The notes beneath the pieces are model-generated. The model did no database searches. It saw only the letters and a program-made list of their open reading frames with translations, and was not told the DNA's origin. From Octopus sinensis (Eukaryota): a stretch of 64,000 bases of DNA. Location of the stretch: positions 68,944,001 through 69,008,000 of the forward strand of contig NC_043007.1 of assembly GCF_006345805.1 (NCBI RefSeq), given 5' to 3'. Positions 1-12,364 of this stretch are shown here, one piece after another. The position numbers and the translations under genes are program-made. Numbering within the stretch: position 1 is the stretch's first letter; each line of letters starts with the position of its first letter.

Positions 1-403
1 AAACACGCACACATATATATACATGTTCATATTCATTGGCTCTATATGAAGAATATGTATAGATGTACGCATATGCATAAACATATTTATATACATATAT
101 AAATGCATATTCAACTTTTATTCAAATGCATTTTATATATACATTCGTATAAACATTTATAGGTGTATGTGATATATGGATATTGGCTAAACTGGCAAAA
201 TGACCATTCCGAAATATAACAATATCTGTTTCAACACACGACTTCACATAAAAAATCTTGCACAACAAATATTTAAACGTACATGTATATATGTGAATCT
301 ATATATGCTTATATATATGTATACAGCTATTTTCCTCTCTTTTACAACTACTTAGCGAAAATGCTTATATGTGCATGTATATGCCTATATCTACATATTT
401 ATG

Positions 404-408
<5 letters not shown>

Positions 409-472
<64 letters not shown>
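409..472. repeat. (TA)n microsatellite
   Basis: Pure TA run; source of the spurious YIYI ORF at 283-522. Confidence 0.95.
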
Positions 473-482
<10 letters not shown>

Positions 483-529
483 ATGTATGTATGTATATAT
501 ATACATGAAATTATATGTTTAGTGTAAAT

Positions 530-680
530 ACAATAATACAATTAACATTTAAAAGGACACGAAAGAAGAACCAAAATTTGCCATGTTGGATTTTCTCTTG
601 ACGCTTATTGGAAAGATAAAATATAACGTTTCGTACGTTAGTTGTTCATCGAAAAATGGAAGGAATATATACAGGTACCT
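530..680 (-). mobile_element. Decayed Penelope-pLTR/retrozyme-like repeat with hammerhead-like core (621-656)
   Basis: Minus strand reads TTCCTTCCATTTT-TCGATGA-A...GAAAC-GTT-ATAT...AGCGTCAA then a T-rich tail, parallel to the elements at 46.8 kb and 51.9 kb. Stem II is poorly paired. Confidence 0.45.
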
Positions 681-1139
681 AAAAATTATATACATCAATA
701 GATATACGTATACATGTATATGTATATATATATGAGTGTATATACGCGCACATAATTAATGTGTGTGTGTGTTTGTGGACATTTGTCTGTTCGTTGATGA
801 TGTGCTTGTGATAATTGTACGCGTTATTCATTGGCATCTTGTGTTCTCATTGCTTTGGATTTGCTCTTCATTTAGGATTTTAGTTTTGTAAGGATTAAAT
901 TTGCAGAGAGATTTTTTTAGTTTAATGAGGTTTTGTTGTGTATATTGTACTATATTGATATTGCGTGACTGTTCATCACTGAAATTCTTTTTCTAGCAAG
1001 ACTTAAACATATTTGGAGATATATTTGTTGCATATGTGTGTGTAGGTGGCGAGTACATGTATATATTTACTGATGTTCATGTATACTTAATTATGTAGAT
1101 ACCAGGATATTAAACATCATCCTTGGAGCGTGACATCAA

Positions 1140-1460
1140 AGGCGACAACAATTAAAAGTAACAAATGAAAGCAAAATATCACAAACAACACTAACGATTA
1201 CACCAACAGTAATATCAAAAGCAAAATATATATCAATACTAACAAGAATAGGAAGATGTTCTACAGTACCAGAAGGAGCATTCAGTTGTATCAACCCATA
1301 CTCCCTAATCCCAGTGGCAATCCCATAAAAAATCAACTCTTAGACCTTTAGCAACCACCAGCACCACCAACAACATAATCACTACCACCACCACCACTAC
1401 TACTACTCGCACCATTAGCACCACCATCACGACCACCACCATAAAGTGAATCATTTGGAA
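1140..1460. repeat. Degenerate (AAC/ACC)n low-complexity tract
   Basis: Imperfect CAA/CAC/ACT triplet runs. Confidence 0.7.
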
Positions 1461-2048
1461 CTTCATCAGTATTTGCAGCTGACACCACCCTACTGATAAT
1501 CAAGGTGATCCATGTGAATCCAAGTCTTATTGATTTCACTTTGTCGCAGAAACCCTGAGAAAGTCATCAATAAAACCAACCCGTTTCCTTCTTAGTAAAC
1601 CATAAAGGAAATATGTTGCACATTAAAAGGTGATTTTCTTAGTAAATTAATCGTGTTTATCAATCGTTGAAGCGATATATATACCACTGAATGGCAAAAT
1701 TGTCTCATGGTACGAATGCTCCGGCTTAATAAAGTAAGCAATATTTCAATTTTCTTTCTTGTAGTTAAGTAAACGTCATTTTCAGACGTTTTTATATTTT
1801 AGTATTTTTATTTTTATTTCGTGTTACGTGTGCTCTATTGAAGACAAAGTTGTTCGTATTAGGTATGACCACTGTTTTCTCTTGGTTTTGCATTTTTATT
1901 ATATTGACTGTATTTTACATAATATGTATGCTGAGCCTACGAGAATTATTTTCTGTAATACGATCACATTTGCAAGGGTTTAGCTGCTGCTTTGACTGAA
2001 TGATCTTCAGTCATAAGTAGCAAAACATATATTTAAATAGGGATTTAA

Positions 2049-2263
2049 GGGGTCGAGCTGGCAAAAAAGTTAGCAAGCTAGGCAAAATACTTCGCGGCAT
2101 TTCGTCCGTCGTTACTTTCTAAGTTCAAATTTCGTCGAGGTCATCTTTGCCTTTCATCCTATCAGGTTCGATAAAATAAGTCCCAGTTAAAGCCTGGAGT
2201 CGATGCAAGTGACTAACCCTTGCCCCAAAAATTACTGGCCCTGTGCTAAAATTTGAAACCAAT
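2049..2263 (+). mobile_element. tRNA-derived SINE, family A (decayed)
   Basis: GAGCTGGCA head, AGTTCAAATTTC B-box-like motif, CTTTGCCTTTCATCC core shared with many copies in the window. Confidence 0.8.
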
Positions 2264-3614
2264 ATGGGGATTGTTTCTTTTTTCACTCCCTACCTGTTTG
2301 TTACCTCTATCTCCAGATCTTTAGGCTTGGACAACTTCTCCGTTTCTTTTAGAAATATTTCATCATCTATTGTGACTGATACATAGATTAAGTACGGGAT
2401 GGAAGAAAAAGAAAGTCCCAGATTCATCATTTTTGATGTACTGGCCTAAACCATAATGGTTACGAAAACATAACACATTAGCTACATGAAGACACCATTA
2501 CTACCTGCCTAATTTCTCTGGCCTCATACCAATGACCGTATAAAATATGAAATGGTTTTCTGTTGCACCCTGCATTTCTCAACAATACCAAGCGCATTTT
2601 CTTACATTTTCCTTTTTTATCTAGATTGCCATATCCTAACGTAGTACACTTTCTCAGTCTCTTAGAGTATTTCTGTTGCCTGTTCATACGACTGGTCTTA
2701 TGTTGGTATTACACGTTGCAGACAACCTTTCCAGTGTAAGAAAACCCTAACTCCGTTCTTCCTCACGGCGTATTGCCGCTGGGTCGACAGGGACAATATC
2801 TTTAATTATTTCTTCTCAGCCTCAACATCCAATATCCCCTACGATTATTTATTTTAACCTTTCCTTACTTGGTTTCCTTTAATTTTGAAAATAATGAAAA
2901 TATATCAAATTAACTTTATTATTATTAAGCTGGTGTTTGGAACATAAATAAGCATGGAATTTTAATGGAGGGTTTTTTGTTATATTACTCTAAAACAAGA
3001 CGTTTGAATAATAGAACCAGAGTCGATTCCAGGCGATGTGCTATCAAAAGGGTTGTTTCATGATTTTCTTTTGGTAACTTACAATAGGAAGTCTTCGATC
3101 TTATGCTTCTGCCAAGAATCATGGCGTTTCAGCTTAAAAGCTGCCATTTTTACTTTGTTTAATTCTATCCTACTCTACATTTTCCTTTTCGTCAGATATT
3201 GGCAATGTAGGGCCTTTCGTCGCCATCATTTTAAACATGGCATTCTGTGGCCCCAATTTTACTTAATTTTTACTTTTTGCACTATTTCTATTGTTTCTTA
3301 CCATTTTCTTCATAACTATCTGTTACATCAGCATCTGCGATGTAATTCTTGCTTTTCTTGATGACAGAAAACAGTTATTTTGTTTCATTGTGATTTGTTT
3401 GTGCTTTGTAGCTATTTCTATAAGTTTTCATTGATCTAAACTAAATATTTGTGAAGTTCTGCGGTGGATATTTTATAATGTCCTCCTAACTTTATAAGAC
3501 CCTATCTCCCTGTGTCATAGTAAATACAATTTTATGTCTGCGTTGGGGTTTGTATGTTCCCTTTGCAGGGAGAATCGGCAAAGGGAACGGGGAAGGTTAC
3601 GCTTCCCGATATAT

Positions 3615-4850
3615 TTACTTATGCCAATTTGTGTATCGAGTTCAAATTCTGTCGATGTTGACTTAACTTTTTAATCTACTAGGGCCGATAAATAGGTGCA
3701 AATCAAAATCTACAACCGATACAATTAATTGTACTCACTCCACCCGCAGTGTGCGATTCTATGTTCATGCCAGAAATCATTCTATCATCATTTTAGAAAA
3801 GGCGACGGATTGGTGGAAAGATTAGGGTGTCGGATAAAATGCCTTGCAATATATTTTTAAATCTTGCCGGTCTGAGTTTAGATCTCGCCGAGGTCAACTT
3901 TACCATTCATTCTTCTGGTACCGATATAATAAAGTTCTCAGTGAAGTACTGCTGTCAAAATAATTGAATAACTCCTTAACCCTTCTTTAAATTTAAAAAC
4001 AATTATTATTGTGTTAAACTATGAAGTGTAATACCTACAGGAAGTCGACTGATAAAATATGTACCAATAACTCATTGGTACAATTGACACCTAGACTATA
4101 AATTGTTAAGCAATGTGAAAGAAAGTTTATTAATTTCCCAAAAGGTGGCTGGAGTTCCACAACAGTGGAGTGTTACATTGAATGCCAAAGTAAATTAAAT
4201 GCTATTATCTGATGACATGACTGTAGAAGATTTATAGAATTATTACAGCATCAGACAAAATGTCTCCAGTCATTTCTTCCACTTCTTTATGTTCTGAGTT
4301 CAAATCTCACAGAACACATCTTTGCTTTTCATCTTTGTAGGGTCGATAGAATAAAGTACCTGTCAAATACTGAGGTTTGATGGTACCGATATCGACTAAC
4401 CCCATCCCCTCAAGATAAGCTTTGTGCTTAAATTAGAAACCATTATTAATATCAGTGGTAACTGGCAGAATCGTTAGAGCACTGGACAAAATGCTTTGAG
4501 ATATTTGTTCCGGCTCTTTAATTTCTCAGTTAAAATCTCACCCACTTTAGCTTCGCCTTTCATCCTTCGGGTGGTTGATGAAATAAAGCACCAGTCAAAT
4601 ACTAGAGTCGATGATATCGTATAATACCCTCCTTACGAAAATGCTGACCTTGTGCCTATATGTGGGGCTACATTGGTAGAACGGTTAGAGCACTGGACAA
4701 ATTGCCTTGCGACATTTGTTTCGGTTCTTGAAATACCGGGTTCAACCTCCACTGATCAGCTTAGCCTTTTATCCCTCTAGGACAGATAACATAAAGAGCC
4801 AGTCAAACACAGGTGTTTATAGTACTTATTTTTATTTTGCAAAATTCTTG
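3615..4850 (+). mobile_element. Cluster of about five decayed family A SINEs in the same orientation (approx. 3615-3730, 3802-3960, 4240-4445, 4455-4660, 4670-4850)
   Basis: Repeated GAGTTCAAAT / TTTGCCTTTCATC / GATAAAATAAGTACCAG motifs. Confidence 0.75.
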
Positions 4851-5359
4851 GTTTTGTGTCTATGTTGTCAAGTATTATTATTATTAACGATATTGTATTA
4901 TTTTCAATCAGCAGATGTTATAAAGTGACTGAAAGGCCGAAACTTTTGTGCAATAGTACTTATAAAACTGTTTTCAAATTTACGAGCCTGCTTCTATACA
5001 GATTGAATTTTAGTTATAATTATCTCACGATTGTTCGAGAGAAAAAACAATTAAGATGGAGGGTCGCATGAAAAATACATATTTTTCAAATATTCTGTCC
5101 ATTAAGCAATTCATTGAATAAATGAATGCCCTTTCAGATTTTTTCTCGTACAAACCAGAGAAACAATATAATTATAATTCAATCTATACAAAAGCAAATT
5201 CACACATTTAAAGTCAATTCGATTAATGTTAAGCACGAAACACTCGGCCCGTGAATCGCTTTGTAACTTCTGCCGAATAAAAGTAATTAAATAGATAGAA
5301 ACGTGTATTGATTTCTGTTTATCCTGTTTATTCAGCCAAACCTAAAATTAATGTTAAAA

Positions 5360-5456
<97 letters not shown>
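5360..5456. repeat. (ATT)n microsatellite
   Basis: Near-pure ATT run. Confidence 0.95.
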
Positions 5457-5457
<1 letters not shown>

Positions 5458-5473
5458 GTTAAATATTCATTAC

Positions 5474-5615
5474 ACGCTGATGCATCACACCAAATTACGT
5501 ATGCTGAGTTAAATTAAATATCTTTAATTAAATGCCAAAGAGTAATTAGTTTCCAGTAGCATTTGGTCCCTTTGCGCAGCGGAAAAATGCTGACATTTCA
5601 GACAATGCCCTTTCG
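5474..5615 (+). repeat. 142-bp segment, copy 1 (copy 2 at 7363-7504)
   Basis: Gap-free alignment at offset 1889; the last 93 nt match 86/93. Confidence 0.9.
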
Positions 5616-6019
5616 ACTGGACATTATCACGTAATGGCGATCAAAACTGAAAACGATGAATATATTATTTGGTAGGGACATTAGAAAGATGAGCAATCAT
5701 CGTTAAATATATATACCTAGGGCAGGGAAGTGGTGGCGAAGATGGAGAGCCGAGAGCGCGGTTGGATATATATATATTTGTCTTTTTAACGTAATCGAAT
5801 TTATTGACATACTACAATAACTTCTGCATTTACAGTTACCTTTTTTGCCAGCACAGTTCCTCATCAATTTTCTTGAATTCGAAATTTCACTAGTATTTAA
5901 TTTTATCATTCAAACTTCTAAGTTTGAATTTGAGTAGGTTACCTGAAATAAACACCAGTTGTGTTCAGATGATTCTGTTGTTGTTACTGCTGCTGCTGCT
6001 GGAGTTGTTGGGGTGTATC

Positions 6020-6200
6020 TTAAGGTTGGTCAGCCCTGAGAGAGCAGATTAATGATCAGCAGTTTTCCAACCATAGCCCATTCGTCCTTTTAGGTAATGC
6101 AGGATTAGCTAAATAAACGTGTACTTTATATATTTAAGATTGCATTAAGTGATATGAAGGAAATTTAATTGCTACTTCTAGCATTACAATCGACCATATA
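6020..6200 (-). mobile_element. SINE-like repeat, family E (related pieces near 9400, 10840, 11075, 13100, 32440)
   Basis: Shared GGTCAGCCCTGA..GAGCAGA...TTCCAG motif, often next to (GTT)n or (CAA)n. Confidence 0.5.
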
Positions 6201-6237
6201 TAGGCTTCCACTAAAACAGGTACAGATACTAATCACA

Positions 6238-6415
6238 TTGCTTTGCGGCATTTCGTCCTTCACAACGTTCTCAGTTCAAATTCCTCCTAGATCATCTTTG
6301 CCTTTCATCCTTCCGGGTCGATAGATAAAGTATACTAGTCGAGCACTGGGGTCAATTGCATCAACTAGGCCCCCTCCACCTAAATTTCAGGTCTTATGCC
6401 TATAGTAAAAAAATT
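6238..6415 (+). mobile_element. Family A SINE, 5'-truncated
   Basis: GGCATTTCGTCC...AGTTCAAATTCC...TTTGCCTTTCATCC. Confidence 0.75.
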
Positions 6416-7140
6416 ATCATTATTATTATTACTATTCTTTTAATCTCAGGTTTTGTTGGAATTCCTGGAGTCTTGCATGCATAGCGGGCTTGGTGCCTGA
6501 AGCTTACAGTACCACGCTATCTGTTCTTTTCAACTATCTAATACTTTCCTGATTATTCTGGCCGTACCAAGAAGGCAAATTTTTTGTAACAGTTCTACTT
6601 ATTCCAACTTCCTTTATATTCCCCTTGTTGCTTTCTGATACTGTTTCCAAGGATCCAACAATAATTGGCACTATCTTTACCTTCATTTTTCATAGCGGGG
6701 CTATTTCATACTTAAAAGGATGATATGCATCTATTTCTTCGCCTTCCTTCTTGATTTCCGTAGATAAAAGGGGCAAACAACATCAACTTGCTAGATTTTG
6801 CTAGTCTCCAACAGCGTCACTTTGTGCGGTTTGTGCTCATACCACGTCTTGTTCCCACTTTATGCACAGTTTCTAATGTAGCACTTTCGCTACCTCATCG
6901 TGTTGTCACAACTTACAGTGGCTTTGGAGAAGTCTAGAGCATTCGTTCGTGATACGGGCAATGGTTTCGTCCACTCTATTCGTGGCCAAAGCTTGGTCTT
7001 GCGCTGCCTGTATATTGTTCTCATTCTCTTTTTCAATGTTCCTTTCACCAGCCAATCCAACCTATGTTTTTCAGTAAATTCATTTGTGGCTACCCGGAAT
7101 TGATTGCGTAGTCCCTTGTTGCATAATGATTCTCCATGTC
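6415..7140 (-). mobile_element. 3' fragment of an R4/Dong-like non-LTR retrotransposon (restriction-like endonuclease C-terminus), frameshifted
   Basis: Minus-strand translations IQAAQDQALATN, ETIARITNECSRL, QHDEVAKVLH*KLC, TWYEHKP, KVKIVPIIVGSL, VELLQKICLLGTARIIRKVLDS*. Ends near a short (TAA)n. Confidence 0.8.
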
Positions 7141-7362
7141 CTTTTTGTACTTATTTTGTTTTTCCTTTTTTTCTATACTTTCAATACTCCCTCATTCGTA
7201 ACTCATTCCTCACTTAGGGAAAGGTATCTCAGTACACTTTCGAGTTCGATATGCAGTCTTCCGCATTTATCAGTCCCTTTCCAACATTTGTTCTCTTCAT
7301 GTATAGACGATCAGTGTCTGCACGTGGATGATGGGTTCCCTTATTGTCATTATATTTATTAT

Positions 7363-7504
7363 ACGCTGAGGCCTCAAGCTAAATTAAGCATTTTGATTGA
7401 AATTAAATGTGTTTAATTAAATGCCAAACAGTAATTAGTTTCCAGTAGCCTTTGGTCCCTTCGCGCAGTGGAAAAAAACTGACATTTCAGACAATGCACT
7501 TTCG
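7363..7504 (+). repeat. 142-bp segment, copy 2
   Basis: See copy 1 at 5474-5615. Confidence 0.9.
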
Positions 7505-8054
7505 GCAGTACCTCGAATAGATGTGCATAAATTTTAGAGGAACAGCCTTTTCATATATAGTGTTACGCTAGTCTAATTCTGCTTTGGAATTAAATTAAAG
7601 GTGCACTTGTCTGTGGAGTACTCAGCCACTTAGGGAATAATTTAACGAGTCGGACATACACTTGATCGAACAACTGAATAATCATCGTTCAAACTGACGA
7701 AAGACCCATAATTTGTTTATATTTCTGCTGTTTGTCATTTGTAACGTTTTTTTCATTGTTTTCAGTCAGATGTTTGGTGTTTAGTATTTCTAACAGAATG
7801 CCAAGGCTAGAATTCGAAGTTCTCATGAGCCGAATTTTTGTTTTCATGTTACATTTAACTTTGTTACTAATTTGAGAGAAAACATAATTACATTTAAGAC
7901 CCACTCAGAGATCAAACAATTATAGTTGTAAATTCTAAGCATTCTGTCTTTTCGGTTTCGATTCTCGTTTTAATTGGTATTACATAAACTTCCTCTCTTT
8001 CCTTTCATCCCAATTCTCATTTTTCTAAGTTAATTGGAAGCAGATATGCTTATG

Positions 8055-8425
8055 CAATAAAGAAACTTGCTTTGGTGGTTTCAGGCTCAGCTCCACTGTG
8101 CGATACCTTAGGTAAAAGTCTTCCACTACTGCATCGGACCGACTAATATCATGTAAGTGTATTTGGTAAGAGGAAAGAGTGGGGAAGACAGTTGTATGTG
8201 TATGTGTGTGTGTGTGTGTCCCCTTCTCCGGCCGAACTACTTGACAACTTGATTCGGTTTGTTTAAATTCCCGTATCATAGCGGTTCGGCAAAAGAGATC
8301 AATATAATATGTTCCAGGCTAAAAACTTAAGTACTGCGGTCAATTTGTTCGGCTTAGCCCTTCAAAGCAGTGCCCCAGTATGGCAACAGTTCAAAGACTG
8401 AAACATTTAAAAGATAAAAGATAAA
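8055..8425 (+). mobile_element. tRNA-derived SINE, family B (decayed; internal (TG)n)
   Basis: CCTTAGGTAAAAGTCTTC core, GCGGTTCGGCAAAAGAG, tail CCCCAGTATGGC...GACTGAAAC...AAAAGATAAAAG. Confidence 0.75.
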
Positions 8426-8894
8426 TAATACCAAATTTTGAAGCATTTAAATTGATGCATATCGTAGAGCTGAGCAAATGGAAATCGGCTGGATATGTCA
8501 CCATGTTGAGTTCAGATCCTTCAATGGATGCTTAATATGAAATTAGCCCCCTTGGCGCCTGGAGATGAAACAGTTATGAGATCTAAGTGACTGCTAATTG
8601 AACTTAAAAGTTCAATACGCAATCTTAATATTTTAAATACGGTGATCATCCATAATCGATTAGCTGAAAGCCATCAATAAACATAAAATTTCGATTTTAA
8701 AATGTTAATACTTGCTGCTGTTTAAGCCGAGTGTGATATTCTCAAATATTAATTAGCATAACTTAATTTCCAAGTTGTACATTAATTATTGGATCTATTT
8801 ACTCCCATATGAACTGGATCATTGAAGGTTGAAGACTAGCAGCCATGTACACTTCTCTTAACTGGTGTGACAACAGGCTCGTAGGCACCTTGGA

Positions 8895-9250
8895 AATGTG
8901 GCCGAGTTACGCTTAACGGCATTTCGTCCTTCTTTACGTTATAAGGTCAAATTCCGCCAAGGTCGTCTTTGCCTTTCATCCTTTCGAGATTGATAAAATA
9001 AGTACCAGCAGGGACGGGCACAAGGTGGGGAGGTATGAGGAGCACGTGCCCCGCCTCAAGAAAAGAACTGCGCTCTTCTAAATAATGATATTACGCCCTT
9101 TTCTCCTGGAATTGTATTCCGTTCTGATCTTGTACCCTTCCTTCGAAAAATTCCTGAGACCGCGCCTGACCAGTTGAGCGCTGAGGTCGGTGTAATCAAC
9201 TTAACCCCGTCCCCGTAATTCCCGGTCTTGTCCCAAAATTTAAAAGTGAT
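8895..9250 (+). mobile_element. Family A SINE split by a MITE
   Basis: Consensus AAGTACCAG|TTGAGC is interrupted at 9009-9168. Confidence 0.8.
9009..9168. mobile_element. 160-bp MITE with CAGGnnCGG terminal inverted repeats and 5-bp TSD ACCAG
   Basis: Left end CAGGGACGG, right end CCGCGCCTG; ACCAG at 9004-9008 and 9169-9173. Confidence 0.7.
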
Positions 9251-9514
9251 ATTCATGTAGAGAGGCTGATAACTGAACTGATAAACTGCCAGACAATATA
9301 CTTTATAGTATTTAGCACTTAGTTCAAATTCCTTCAGGTGTGTATTTGTCTCTCATCCTTTCAAGATCGATAAAGTAAGTTTCACAAGTTATTTTAGTTC
9401 AGACCCAATGACAAAGCAAACCTATGATGAAGGACATTCCAGTAACGACTATCAAGTCTTTTTAAACCTCAGGCATACATAGTCTCAGTGATCTTTCATT
9501 TCTTTAAACTTTTT

Positions 9515-9703
9515 TTATCTTTTGTTTCACCCATTAGACTGCGGCCATGCTGGGGCACTCCCTTGAAGAATTTTGGTCGAAAAAATCAAACCTAGTACTT
9601 ATCTTTTTAAAGCCTGGTGCTTATTCTGTCGCACTCTTTTGCCGAAGCGATAAGTTAAGGGGGCAAAACACTCCAATGCCGATCGTCAAATGATGGTGGG
9701 GCT

Positions 9704-9747
<44 letters not shown>

Positions 9748-9912
9748 TATACGACGGAATACTTTTAGTTTCCGTCTACCAAATCCACTCGCAAGACTTT
9801 AATCGGCCCGAGGCTATAGTAGAAGACACTTGCCCTAGGTGTCCCTCTGTGGGACTGAACCCGAAACCAAGTGTTGGGAAAACAAACTTCTTACCACACA
9901 GCCACGCCTACG
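9515..9912 (-). mobile_element. Family B SINE
   Basis: Minus-strand head GGCGTGGCTGTGTGGTAAG (A box) and GGGTTCAGTCCC (B box); internal (CA)n. Confidence 0.85.
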
Positions 9913-10139
9913 CCTTTATGAAAATAAGATGTGATTAGTGGGAATTTGGCTGTTATTTTTGGTAAGTCAAGCGTTTACATAGGTGCTCTATTACTGTTAT
10001 TGCAGTTTAGTTTGCTTTTGTGATTCATTTTCCATAATCAACTTTAATTTATCGGAATTTACTGAAGAAGAATCGTGTTTACCAGCCAAATTATTAGAAC
10101 TACCTCCGTTTTGGAGAGTGTATATTGTGTATGTGTGAG

Positions 10140-10330
10140 GAGAGCATACCCTAGTGGTTCGTGTGTTGCACTCACAATCACGATATCGTAGTTTCGATTC
10201 CTGGATCGGGTGGTGTGTTGATTTCTTGAGCAAAACACTTCATCTCACATTGTTCTGCATTCACTTCGACAACTGATGTGTGGTACAGGCTATGTCGATT
10301 TTCAGGACAGAATGACCTAATGTACAGCCC
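10140..10330 (+). mobile_element. tRNA-derived SINE, family C head with alternative tail
   Basis: CTAGTGGTT A box, GTTTCGATTCC B box, TTGAGCAAAACACTT core. Confidence 0.7.
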
Positions 10331-10989
10331 AAACATTATCATCATCATCGTTGAAGTCGTCATCATCATCATCATCATCATCATTTGTATATTGAGACGA
10401 GACAGAGTGAGGGATAGTGTTCATAAAATGAGGTTATAGTGTTCTGGCAATTTATCTAGCTATTTAAGAATGATAAAAATTCTATGTAACGACAACTACT
10501 GTGAGGATTGGAATATGTTACTACTTGTATGTCCAATTGCTTTACCATTTTATTTTATTGTTGGTGTTTCTGTTATAGCTTAGCCTCGGGTAAATCAAAC
10601 AGACCTTTCGTTAAAAGAGTTCCCTCTATGTCCACCTCTCCCTTTTTAGTTTATCTAAACGCATGCTTATCTAATAAATACTCGTTTTATTTTAGACAAT
10701 AGCATGCAATTGATTAGCAGGAAATTTAGATGTTATTTCTTGCTGAGCAAAAGCAAGATAGAGATGTTTTGTTGGATCCTTCTGTTGGTGTTGTCGTTGT
10801 TTTTGATGTTGTTAATGTTGTTGTTGTTGTTGTTTGTCCCCAGGTGAGTCCTGACCGAAGGATTTCCAACAGTTACCATTCCGACTACTGTATTGTAGCA
10901 ACGAATAGATGATCAAATGTGTCTTCGCGTTATTTCAGATAGTAGGAAGTGGTTTGTTTTTTAGCGAGATTTAATTATTAATTTTAGCA

Positions 10990-11215
10990 GAACAAGTAAC
11001 AACGAAGAGAAGGCCTCTTTGGCTCATTCTCTTATCTGCCATTGCTCTTATTTTGCTATTATTGCTTAGTTCGGTTAGTCCTGACGTGACCGAGCAGATC
11101 TATTATCAAAAGAGTTCCAGCTGTGACAACCTCATCTTGCTTTACGACAGTCTGTATCTAGCTTCCTTTTCAATGACACTTGCAAGATGTGCAATCTCCC
11201 AGAAGCTCTCTTGGA
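10990..11215 (-). repeat. Dispersed repeat copy highly similar to 13020-13270
   Basis: Direct alignment, e.g. GATCTATTATCAAA.GAGTTCCAGCTGTGACAACCTCATCTTGCTTTA. Confidence 0.8.
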
Positions 11216-11407
11216 TTCGATTGGTCACTATTGTGTTGATATTTTGACACGAAAGATTCCTTAAATTCTAATACATTCTCTCACAATTTTAACAGTTCAC
11301 AGGACCAGTGCTTATGAATGATAAAATGAGCGCAGGTGTAAGTGTTTGTTTAAGAAGTTCACCTCCAGTTTCCACGCCATGGATGTTTCGCTAAGTATAA
11401 GGTGAGA

Positions 11408-11670
11408 GTGGAGGCGAGTGGCTTAGTAGTTAAGGGTATTGGATTCATGATCGTAAGATTGTGGTTTTGATTCCTGAACCAGGTGACGTGTTGTGGTCTT
11501 GAGCAAAACACTTCATTTCACGTTGCTCCAGTCCATTCAGATGGCAAAAACGAGTAGCTCTGCGACGGATCGGCGTCCCATCCAGGTGGGAAATATATAT
11601 ATGCCATGGAAACCGGGAAACTGGTCCTTATGTGTCTATATGACTCGGGAAGGAACTTTACTCCTTTTTT
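11408..11670 (+). mobile_element. Family C SINE
   Basis: GAGGCGAGTGGCTTAGTAG head, TTGAGCAAAACACTTCATTTCACGTTGCTCCAG core, GGCGTCCCATCCAGGTGGG tail. Confidence 0.85.
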
Positions 11671-11827
11671 ATCATAAGATGAGAGGGCTGTGAGGAAGTC
11701 TGCGTTTGTATGCGAGTGACGACTAGGTGTGCTTAGGTATATTAACCAAAACAATATCTTTCAAATATCAACTGAGAGGAATCCGATGTTCTGCGATGCA
11801 GCAGTCCAAGGAAAGGGATATAGTATA

Positions 11828-12225
11828 TCTTTTATCTTTTACTTGTTTCTGTTATTTGACTGTAGCCATGCTGTGGGCACCGACTTGAAGAATTCTTAGT
11901 CGAAAGAATCGACTCCAGTACTTATTTATTTAAAACCTAGTACTTAGTCTATCTGTCTCTTTTTCCCCAACCGCTAAGTTACAGGGACGCAAACGCTCCA
12001 ACACCGGTTATCAAGTAGTGATGGGGAACAATCACACACAAAGACACATAGACATATATACATAAGACGGGTTTCTTTCAGTTTCCGTCTGCCGAAACCA
12101 CTCAGAAGGATTTGGTTGGCCCAAAGCTATAGTAGATGAGATAGTTGCCCAAGGTACCACGCAGTGGGATTGAACCCGGTACCATGTGGTTGGGAAGCAA
12201 ACTTCTTACTGCACAGCCACGCCTT
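11828..12225 (-). mobile_element. Family B SINE
   Basis: Same head, core and tail as the other B copies; followed by (ATAC)n/(TA)n at 12263-12362. Confidence 0.85.
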
Positions 12226-12305
12226 CACCCATATATACATATATACATAATACATCATACACACATACATACATACATACATACATACATACATACATAC
12301 ATACA

Positions 12306-12364
<59 letters not shown>

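Noticed and set aside
1550-1594. Candidate exon after TTTGTCGCAG
   Set aside because: Two frames are open and the donor is weak; it cannot be distinguished from chance.
4925-4960. CTGAAAGGCCGAAAC
   Set aside because: The core is incomplete (no CTGANGA) and no stem I is present.
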